Positions 56,084 to 64,000 of a stretch of DNA of 64,000 nt are shown here, piece by piece. The DNA is from an uncultured delta proteobacterium. Its GTDB lineage: Bacteria; Desulfobacterota; Binatia; UBA9968. Numbering within the stretch: position 1 is the stretch's first letter; each line of letters opens with the position of its first letter. Location of the stretch: contig CAWFJP010000030.1 of NCBI GenBank assembly GCA_963816145.1, positions 96,001 to 160,000 of the forward strand. The letters are read 5' to 3'. The translations under genes were made by a program, and so were the position numbers. The notes under the pieces are model-generated. The model worked only from the letters and a program-made list of their open reading frames with translations, was not told the origin of the DNA and did no database searches.

Positions 56084-56591
56084 GCGCCGACGAAGGTGAA
56101 AGTGCTCGAAAGTAAAGGAATCGGACTTGTCGGAGAAGTAAATGGCGCCTGGAGTGACGGGTTTTTTCTACTTTGGAAGAGTTTTTCCTACAAATCTAAA
56201 GCGTTCTCGATGAACCTAATCCGACGGTGAGATAAGGCAGCCAAAACCCTCGAAGTCACGGAGCCCATTTAAAGATGATTTTCCGAAGCAGCTTCGCCGT
56301 ACATATTCAGGTAGCGGCCAGGAGGGAAGGTCATCTGATTCGTTCAGCGACAGAGAGGCCCCAACAATCAGCGTTCCACATGTTGGCCTGGCATCGCGAT
56401 CCATTCAAGGAAAGATTCAGATAGCAGTTGCTGCGCATCCGCTGATAGCCTGCAGCATTGAAATTAGAATTTTTCGATCACGCCGAAATCTGAAAGTCGA
56501 AAACCGCCGCAAGTCGCCACAACATTCCCGCATCGCAGTAAACAAACACATGCTCGAATTACTAAATTATTGACAGCATACCAATCTTGCC

Positions 56592-57398
56592 TCAATTATC
56601 CTCTTCTGCCGCGGTCCAGTTTGCGGCTTCCTCCGCAGTCAGTGAACCAATCGGGATGTACCGCGCATCCGAATATCCCCACGTCTCAACATCGTCGCGA
56701 TATTGAGTGCGCGACAGCAGCGTGCCCCGGCACACGCGGTTCCTCGACAACGGCCCGCCTTTCTCGATCTGTAGCTGATCCAGCAGAGATCCCATCACCG
56801 GCGAAGGCACCAGAGGATGTTCCGACGGATAAATATATCCAAAAAGAATTAGATGGCTAAGGAGCACCCGCCAGTGTGGTCCAAAACGCTCCAACAGCCG
56901 TCGCCAGTCGAGACGCGCCGCGCACGCACGTATAAGATGCGCGACATCGGCGCCGTCATAGCGTTCGCGCTCCATGACAAACGCCTTGGACCAAATCATT
57001 TCTTCCGGTGGGCAGAAAATCACCGGTACATCGTACACCTCTCCCACAACCGCATGCTCAAACCAGCCACCGTCGACCGCGCAGACACCATTTCCCGAAC
57101 TGAAAATGAGGTCGATATAATCCCGACCGCTGAAAATCTTTCCAAGCCAATGAGGATAGCAAAGCTTAGTTTCAAACTGACTCCCCGCGAGCGTCTTTAG
57201 AGCGAACTCGACGTCCGAAGGCCGCACGAAGATATCCATATCTTTCGTCTTGCGACTGATTCCGGAGTACAACTCCACGGCGTGGCCACCGCCAACGAGA
57301 TATCTAATCTTAGATTCGTTGAACACTTCGAGGACACTGCGGTAAAAATCTTGCCGGTTGGACGTTGTCGACAAAACTGACTCGACGGCTTTACTCAT
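56592..57398 (-). CDS. Nucleotidyltransferase (DNA polymerase beta superfamily), uncharacterised
   Basis: LVGGGHA and TKDMDIF (GG/DxD) motifs. Overlaps the upstream gene by 8 bp. Confidence 0.82.
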   Translation of the reverse strand: MSKAVESVLSTTSNRQDFYRSVLEVFNESKIRYLVGGGHAVELYSGISRKTKDMDIFVRPSDVEFALKTLAGSQFETKLCYPHWLGKIFSGRDYIDLIFSSGNGVCAVDGGWFEHAVVGEVYDVPVIFCPPEEMIWSKAFVMERERYDGADVAHLIRACAARLDWRRLLERFGPHWRVLLSHLILFGYIYPSEHPLVPSPVMGSLLDQLQIEKGGPLSRNRVCRGTLLSRTQYRDDVETWGYSDARYIPIGSLTAEEAANWTAAEEDN

Positions 57399-58131
57399 TA
57401 TGTCTCGGCTCCAAACTCTGCGGGATCTCCATTATTCGAAACCCAGGATGGTCCGGAAACACATGTTGTAAGAGCTTCATGGCGACATTGTAAACGGGCA
57501 CACCGTTTTTCGTGCGTCCCTCCGGAGCGCCGTGATGCGCGTGCCCATGAAAGACAGCGGTTACCGGATATCGATTAAGCGGTTCCTCGAGTCTGCTCGA
57601 TCCCAGAAACGGAAATATCTCGGCCGGCTCACCCACCACCGTGGCTTGAATCGGCGAATAGTGCAGCAGAACTATACGCGTTTCCGAGCGCAGCCGTGCC
57701 AGGGCTGATTCTAGCTTCAGTGCCTCATCGATCGCCTCGTGGACAAAACGTTTGACGGTTTCCTCGCCCCAGGGGCCGAGAGCCCGCTCGCCAAAGCCGC
57801 CGCCGAACCCTTTGACGCCGGCAAAACCAACTCCGCCAACCTCACGGGCGTCGCCGTCGAGCACTATGGCACCGGCATCGGAAATAATTCTTTTGACTTC
57901 GTCCGGTTTACCAGACTCAAATTCATGATTGCCGAGCACAGCTAAGACCGGGATTTTCAGGCTGCTTATTTCCTTCGCCAGAACCATCGCCTCTTCGGGC
58001 AAACCATAATCAATAAGATCACCACACAGCAGAAGCACGTCGGCACTTTGAGCGATCTGCATAATCAGGGGTCGCATCCAATCATGCGAAGTATTGTTGC
58101 AATGCAGGTCTGCGAGAGCGGCGATGCGCAT
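57391..58131 (-). CDS. Calcineurin-like metallophosphoesterase
   Basis: DLH, GD, GNHE, LLHY and HGHAH motifs. Confidence 0.9.
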   Translation of the reverse strand: MRIAALADLHCNNTSHDWMRPLIMQIAQSADVLLLCGDLIDYGLPEEAMVLAKEISSLKIPVLAVLGNHEFESGKPDEVKRIISDAGAIVLDGDAREVGGVGFAGVKGFGGGFGERALGPWGEETVKRFVHEAIDEALKLESALARLRSETRIVLLHYSPIQATVVGEPAEIFPFLGSSRLEEPLNRYPVTAVFHGHAHHGAPEGRTKNGVPVYNVAMKLLQHVFPDHPGFRIMEIPQSLEPRHNE

Positions 58132-58179
58132 GTCCTTCTCCCGGAAGTTTCTCGTCTGCCAATGGGCGCGATCGAAACG

Positions 58180-58524
58180 TTATCGCGTGCCTTTTGGCTG
58201 CCACTTTTTGGCGGTTCTAAGACTGCGCTTCTTCAAATTGATCGGCGCATCCGCGTGCGTAGAGGTTGCGCGCCGAGCCAAGCCCGGGGTCACCGCAGCC
58301 GTTCGACGCTTGCTGCCCGCATTTTTTTTCGCACTACCTCTTGGTCCTTTACCGTAGCCGGAGCCACCTGGTTTATTGCCACCGCCATCGGTCTTGTTGA
58401 CGGTCGCCCAAGCGCGGCTCATGGCCTCACGTTCGCCAATCCCCTCGCGCTCGTAACCGAGCTCTATATGTCTGGCTTGGCGCTTTTGTTTGTCTGTGTA
58501 CTTTGCCTTACTACCGCTGGCCAT
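58180..58524 (-). CDS. Basic small stress protein (YTDKQKRQA/AWATVNK family)
   Basis: KYTDKQKRQARHIE and RAWATVNK, then a Lys/Arg-rich tail. Confidence 0.75.
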   Translation of the reverse strand: MASGSKAKYTDKQKRQARHIELGYEREGIGEREAMSRAWATVNKTDGGGNKPGGSGYGKGPRGSAKKNAGSKRRTAAVTPGLARRATSTHADAPINLKKRSLRTAKKWQPKGTR

Positions 58525-58648
58525 AACGCTATCCCCATATCGCTATTTGCTCGGTGTGATCTTCGCCGAACACTTCGTCGGGGCCGACGCGTATCCCTTG
58601 ACGGGGAAAATTTCCACCGGCCCTTGGTTCCATTTGTTGAATGTGACG

Positions 58649-58664
58649 CGCAAAAGGCGTGCCG
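58649..58664 (-). promoter_or_regulatory. Sigma-54 promoter CGGCACGCCTTTTGCG
   Basis: GGCAC-N5-TTGC match. UAS-like TGTCGGA-N5-GCCTACG at 58734-58752. Confidence 0.7.
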
Positions 58665-59016
58665 GTCAATTAACTGGCAAATCACCTATAAACGAAGTGT
58701 TTTCCCGAGCTAATTCCGACATGCACGCGCATTTGTCGGAGATTCGCCTACGGAGTTTTCCTACGCGCAGATTCAATTCCGTGGGAATCTCGATATTTGT
58801 GTGGCAAGTTGAAAACAGCAAAGCAGCGCGATCACTGCACGAGGCAGCGTTCAGATAATATGTGTTGTCGCTTCCGGAAGCCTAATCGTGCGACGATGCC
58901 TACGTCCGAGGTCGGTGCACTCACGATGACTGTCAGATAGCCAAGACAAGGTAGAAAGGTATTACGGATCCAATCGCGGGTGTTCTTTGTAGACGCTTCG
59001 ACTGACCGTGGGGCAC

Positions 59017-60081
59017 CTAAATCTCGCTAAACATGCATGAACGCAATGCCTCGATCTTTCTTTTGTAACAGCCCGGGTCGAGAAACCGCAGCGTGGCAGC
59101 GATGCTACTCAACAATGAATTGCCGTCCTGCGGGGTGAAACACACGCCGACCACTTCACGGTCTCCCTTGAGCGCGAGACTTTGCCGGACAACGACCGTC
59201 TGGTTCAAAATTCGACCGAAGAGTCCATGATCGCGCCCGAAGGAAAATACTGAAGCCGAAGAGCTCTTATTGGTCAAAGCGATTCTCGGGTTGGCCTCGA
59301 TCCGCTGTATGACATTCTCTAACGTCGTCGGCCGGCGCAACACCAGATCGAAATGAATCATATGCATATACTGGGTGTTTAACTTCAGTGCCGAGGAAAA
59401 TATATTCAAGTCCAGACCGCGGGTTTTAAACAGATAATGGGCGTCTCGTGCCTGATGTGTGCCAAAACGGCGATCATCATGTTTTCCGGCTTCGGGTGCC
59501 GCGATGAACGCGCCATCCTCGCTCAGATCGTTGGCCCGGCGCATACAAACAAAACGTGCCTCTGCCAAATTGTCTTCCTGTGCCGGCCCCAATGCGATGG
59601 TGTCGATTACTGCGGCCAAGTTATGCGTATTGCAACTCACCACCTGTACGAACCGGTCGCAATCCCTATCGAGTATTGTGTCGTTGATCCCGTGTGCATA
59701 CATTTTACCGAAGCCAAATTCACTGCCTTGGGCAATAAAGCCGCAGCCGTTGGTAGCGTAACGATCATAATATTTCCGCTTGTTTTCATTACCCGCGGGT
59801 GTGCAATCGATCACCACCTTCGCGCGCCCGATCGCATCCTCCGCTTCATAGCAGGGCTCCATGCCGAGGTCGCTGAACGTTCCCCAACGCTCCTTGTCGA
59901 CGCACAGTTTTGCGCCGTGGCCGGCCAGCACTGCCACTTTTGACCGGTCGGTCACCAAGGGAGTTCGTTTATGAAAGGTGATTTCGTCGATACCGAACGG
60001 CTGGCGAAAGTTGGCCAACAGGCCAATCAGCGGCTCGCCGATGGTTCCAGTTCCGACCACGTGGACGATGTTTTTGTGCAT
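59017..60081 (-). CDS. Class II (archaeal-type) GAPDH-like dehydrogenase
   Basis: GTGTIG Rossmann motif, IDCTP, QG, catalytic VVSCNT and RRAND. Confidence 0.65.
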   Translation of the reverse strand: MHKNIVHVVGTGTIGEPLIGLLANFRQPFGIDEITFHKRTPLVTDRSKVAVLAGHGAKLCVDKERWGTFSDLGMEPCYEAEDAIGRAKVVIDCTPAGNENKRKYYDRYATNGCGFIAQGSEFGFGKMYAHGINDTILDRDCDRFVQVVSCNTHNLAAVIDTIALGPAQEDNLAEARFVCMRRANDLSEDGAFIAAPEAGKHDDRRFGTHQARDAHYLFKTRGLDLNIFSSALKLNTQYMHMIHFDLVLRRPTTLENVIQRIEANPRIALTNKSSSASVFSFGRDHGLFGRILNQTVVVRQSLALKGDREVVGVCFTPQDGNSLLSSIAATLRFLDPGCYKRKIEALRSCMFSEI

Positions 60082-60200
60082 ACGTGCTCCTGTCTCCGCT
60101 TTGCGCGTGACTTGCAGTTTTACATTCAGTTGTTTAGTACGCGGGCGCGAACCATCCCATGAATCTACGGTATGGGATCTTAGGTTCGGTGTGACGGATG

Positions 60201-60216
60201 AGCAACCGTTATGCCA
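60201..60216 (-). promoter_or_regulatory. Sigma-54 promoter TGGCATAACGGTTGCT
   Basis: Consensus match. UAS-like site at 60313-60331. Confidence 0.78.
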
Positions 60217-60413
60217 ACACCTCGCCGCTTGGTATTCACTCGCTTTGAAACTGTTTTGAGTATCAGCTCGCCGATAAGAGTCGTCAATTCATTAGTGGGT
60301 TTCATACAACCCAGGAAGAGTTTTTCCTGCGATTTTTAACTCTGTTGAATCTCCGTGATATCTCGGTACTGCGCGGCATGTAACCCACGAACAGCAGAAC
60401 TCAACGTTGCAGA

Positions 60414-60952
60414 TCATAAGACCGTGATGCCTTCCTCCCGATAACGGCGATGCATTCGCTTGACAAATTCATGTTTGTACAAAAAGTTGTCACCCAGTCC
60501 CCGGCCGCTCAATGTCACCGCAAAATCAACCCCCGAAGGATTGAACGCAGAAAAACGGACGAAGGTATCGCGGTGCGAATCTCGTTTGCATAGGGTTTTA
60601 AACATTTCTCGCACGACGTGGCAGGTTACCTGCTCGACTGCTTCCAGGTCGTTGTTGCAGTGCACCCTCAGCTGAACCTAGACCATCGAGTCGTTAGAGT
60701 GGCTGTGAAAGTTGCTGATGTTACTCTGCACGAGTTTGCTGTTGGGCACATAGACCGTAACTTGGGGAAGTTCCCTGATCTGCGTATTGCGCCAGCCTAT
60801 ATGCTCTACATAGCCTTCTTCCCCCGTTGAAAGTCTCACGTATTGGCCGACCTGCAGCGGTTGGTCGGCTTTGATGTATAACCCGGCAAAGAGGTTGCCG
60901 AGCGTGTCCTGAAGCGCGATGACGATTGCCAAACTGCCGATGCCAAGTGTCG
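60414..60952 (-). pseudogene. MscS small mechanosensitive channel, N-truncated and frameshifted
   Basis: LGIGSLAIVIALQDTLGNLFAG, GYVEHIGWRNT, VPNS and RYREEGI. Confidence 0.85.
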
Positions 60953-61129
60953 TCACGCGCCTTTGGTTGCAGCGGAGAATTCGACGGTCTCCTGGCCCTT
61001 GTCGGTCTTCAGCAAAATTTGTTTTTTGCCCTGATCGACCCTCGCCACGGTACCTTCCAGGAGCGCCGCGTAAACGGAAATCGTGGGAACAAACAGCACG
61101 ACGGCCGCAAATGCTAATAGCTTCCTCAT
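60953..61129 (-). pseudogene. Exported OB-fold protein, truncated at the junction with the mscS remnant
   Basis: RBS AGGAGGTGA; MRKLLAFAAVVLFVPTISVYAALLEGTVARVDQGKKQILLKTDKGQETVEFSAATKGA*. Confidence 0.6.
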
Positions 61130-61205
61130 GGTTTATCACCTCCTTTCTCTGTATGTTGTTGAGCGCGCTTAGAAGAAATCGCCGTGTCGCCCAGTGCGGT
61201 ATTTG

Positions 61206-61221
61206 CGCAAGGCCTGTGCCA
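61206..61221 (-). promoter_or_regulatory. Sigma-54 promoter TGGCACAGGCCTTGCG
   Basis: Consensus match. UAS-like site at 61293-61311. Confidence 0.78.
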
Positions 61222-61498
61222 GATGCCCAGGGTTATTAAATTGCTATAATTTTCATGTCCATTGACGACCGACATGAATGCTCAACGGCTTTTGTAAGGG
61301 TTTTTCCGCTGAAGGAAAGTAGATATTTCCTGCGCTTGATTACCGATAACCGTGATTCACATCGACACTCGACCGCGCCTACATTTCGATGGTTCGCGCG
61401 CGATCATCAATTGCACTCCGTGAAACGCCCATTAAAGAGGTTATTCCCCTTGGTGATTTCGGTTGACCGGGGTAAGCCGCGGCGATTAATAAAAGTCC

Positions 61499-62074
61499 TC
61501 ACAGGTTCGATGGATGGCGAACTGAACCGGCAACGTTGCTCCAGAAGGAAAAAGAGATCCAGGCGAATAGAAGGGAATAGTTTACGATGATGGCCACTTG
61601 TAAAGCGTTCAGCTCGCGGTTGGAAAAAGTACGCCCCAGTGACCAACTCGCAAGTGCGGTCTGCCCGAGCGCGACGAGCGCGAGCGCAATGCGCCGCCGT
61701 TTTGCCACGCGACGCCACTCGATCTGAACATCGGCACTCTCGGATAGTTCACTGCCGATTGGATCGGCGGAAAATGAGTGTGTTCCGGTGCGTTCTTTAC
61801 GGTTAGCCAATCTAGACCAGAGCCGGTGCCACAGGCCGAGTTCAATTTTGCTTGGCGCCATGGGAATACGGCGTGTTTCTGGCGTCGCAAACCGGCTCGG
61901 ACAGTCCTGCCAATAGTTACTAAAATGGTCGCAGTTTTGACTGACCCCGTTCTCATGCTTGGCGCGGTGCTGCGCCAGAATCTGGTGTCGTTGAGACGCT
62001 TGAACGGAGCCTCCCAGTCCGCCTTCGGCAGCTTGTTCCGATTGTCACACTGGTTGATATCTAGATTCGCTCAT
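61499..62074 (-). pseudogene. opgH: OpgH/MdoH glucosyltransferase, N-terminal remnant
   Basis: WRRVAKRRRIAL, QT and LLFAWISFSFW. ATGA overlap with the opgG stop; the GT domain is missing. Confidence 0.75.
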
Positions 62075-62860
62075 GACTCCAGTTGATAGCTCCAAGTTTC
62101 GCTGAGCGCGCGATCACCGGCCTGAAGAAAAGCGCGCAGCTCCAACGGCTTCCCCTTGGGCAGCCTTACCTGGAAACTCAAGCGCCAGCCCCCGTTCACC
62201 GGGTTTCGCAACAGATTTTGTTGCACCAGGGCTTGCGCAGAAATAACCGGGCGCGCACATTCACAGTGCTCCGCTCCCCCGGTTGGACAATGAATGAAAA
62301 GGCGCCGGCGACGCTGGCACTGTCGAGCAACGCGTAAAGCTTTACTACACGAGCTTCGCGCGACGGCCGCGCCAACCAGAACTCCTTGAAATATGGAAAT
62401 TCTTCCCCGGTCGGCAAGCCGGTATCGATCGCCAAACCGCGTGCAGAGAGACCGAACACTTGACCTTTGGCCACCGCGCGAAAATAACTAGCGTTGGCAA
62501 AAACAACCACATGATTAAATTCGCTGTTTTTAAAAAACGGATAAGCGATGCGAAAACCGGCAAAACCCAGATCGGCTAGAATCCGATCGGCGAATTTGTT
62601 CTTACCGTAAGTGAAAAGTTGCTGCGAGAAAGGCAACGCTCGGCTAGCACCGGCATCGATGAGATTGATTCTAACGGTTTGGCTAAAATATGGACCGGTG
62701 CCGGGCGCGAGGGGGGGGCGTCATAACGGCCTCAAGGGTTCGAAGCTGATCATTGTCAGGCGTTCTTCAACCCCAACTCGCGGGTTTGTAAGTGTCGCTG
62801 ATATAATCTTGCTAATGCCTCAAGGTTTTCACAAAGTTAAGCAACAGACTTCAGCACAGC
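62071..62860 (-). pseudogene. opgG: OpgG/MdoG periplasmic glucan biosynthesis protein, internally deleted
   Basis: GFAGFR, ASYFRA, GLSARGLAIDT and EEFPYFKEFW are joined near 62225 almost directly to the C-terminal ELRAFL...SETWSYQ*. Confidence 0.85.
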
Positions 62861-63473
62861 CATGACCGTTTTTTCCCTTTTCTCTCAGTCTAAGTTATAC
62901 CCCGTTCAGACCGGCGGTGCGACAAGCGGTTTCCATGCTTTCGTAATGTCCTAATCGGCTGGCCGTCGGTATGAAACAACCGAACCGATCAACAGACGCG
63001 GTCAAGAACTATCGGCGTTTTCGTAATTACGAAAGGCTGCACATGAGTCTGGGGGTACCACACTCCGTCCTTGGTGTATTTAAACAAGTACGGCCACAGT
63101 CCAGCTATTAACTTTCATCTGAGGCGGAAGAAGCGATTCGAAAACTTATCGTCTAACCAGCATAGCGCAAAGATAAACATGCTGCTCTGTGCCAATCGAG
63201 GGCCAGCTGGGATTTACCCCAGACCGGGCTTTTTTCATGCCTCCATTACGCATTTCAAGGGCGCGATTGCCATGCTGTGAACTTTGCCGGCTCACTATAT
63301 TTCTCAATTTTCTTTCTGAAAACGTTCCCACAATAAAACTTGAAGGTTCAAAACGATTTGGAATCAGCAGCGATCGGAACAAGGGTGTGCCGTCGAAACA
63401 CTTTTTGCCATAGTTCTTAACTTGAAAAAGCGCATGAGCTATCAACCCGAAGGGAGGGTATGGCTAATAACCA

Positions 63474-64000
63474 CTAATTTTGCTGGGCGTCCTTTTTCAA
63501 GTGCGCAGCAAGCGCTGCCAATTTCTCGGCAGGCAAACCGTCGAGCAGCTTTGCCAAATCGTTTTTCTGCCCTTGCGCGGCAACGGTAACCGACGGCCGC
63601 CGCTGCGAGAGATCTTTAAGATACTGTTCCATTGGAAAAATCGAAAGTCCCAATACGTAGTCCGTTGCGGCCTTGCTTGAATCCTCCGAAAGCCGGTAAA
63701 ACTCTGCTTCGTCGTTTAGCAAGTTTCGCAGTGTGGCATCCCACGCGTCTACGTTTTGGTCGGGAATCACCGGTATAGGAAGCCGGTTTTCGTCTCGGCG
63801 TTTCTCATAAGTCTCAATCCGGTGCACAGGCAAGGAGTAATCTACCCCTAGTTTTGCTTCGATTAGTCCACCCACATTACTTGCGAGCACAGGAATTCCT
63901 CGGAGCATCGCCTCTACCACAACCAGACCGAAAGCCTCGCCCCATAAGGATGGCACAAGCAAAATTCGCGTCTGTTTGAAAATCTCATCGATATTTTCGC
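63474..64000 (-). CDS. Glycosyltransferase family 4 (5' end outside window)
   Basis: VPSLWGEAFGLVVVEAMLRGIPVLASNVGG (EX7E motif). Confidence 0.85.
   Translation of the reverse strand, partial: ENIDEIFKQTRILLVPSLWGEAFGLVVVEAMLRGIPVLASNVGGLIEAKLGVDYSLPVHRIETYEKRRDENRLPIPVIPDQNVDAWDATLRNLLNDEAEFYRLSEDSSKAATDYVLGLSIFPMEQYLKDLSQRRPSVTVAAQGQKNDLAKLLDGLPAEKLAALAAHLKKDAQQN

Noticed and set aside
63000-63470. Short ORFs in the lower-GC stretch between the opgG remnant and the glycosyltransferase
   Set aside because: No recognisable motif, RBS or consistent coding pattern.

Overview
This is a bacterial chromosomal window; the gene families resemble those of Deltaproteobacteria / Ca. Binatia-like lineages (inference only). 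1-4.4 kb is housekeeping: a FadL-type porin (5'-truncated), divergent glnS/gltX, and tandem tRNA-Gln(CTG) and tRNA-Glu(CTC). 4.5-11.2 kb is accessory: a Mesh1-like HD hydrolase, a broken IS1380 transposase, and DUF445, FGE-sulfatase and erythromycin-esterase-like proteins. About 12.5-62.9 kb is a ~50 kb general-stress / osmotic-desiccation island. Its signalling genes are a poly-HAMP hybrid kinase, further kinases and receivers, a GlrR/NtrC-type sigma-54 activator and a CdaA-YbbR diadenylate cyclase. Its stress genes are CsbD, BON, glycine-zipper, DUF1328, DUF3096 and lmo0937-type small proteins, an Fe/Mn SOD, and a glgC-glgB-treZ-glgX-treY-glgE-treS/mak operon. It also carries a metallophosphoesterase/nucleotidyltransferase pair, an archaeal-type GAPDH-like gene, and decayed mscS and opgGH genes. 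The main unannotated signal is regulatory. I count 13 intergenic sigma-54 (-24/-12) promoter matches oriented towards island genes, and each has a degenerate 19-bp palindrome (TGTAGGG-N5-CCCTACA-like) about 70-135 bp upstream. This suggests a general stress regulon run by RpoN plus one enhancer-binding protein rather than by RpoS, SigB or EcfG. All motif calls were made by eye and need computational confirmation. Several frameshifts may be long-read assembly errors.
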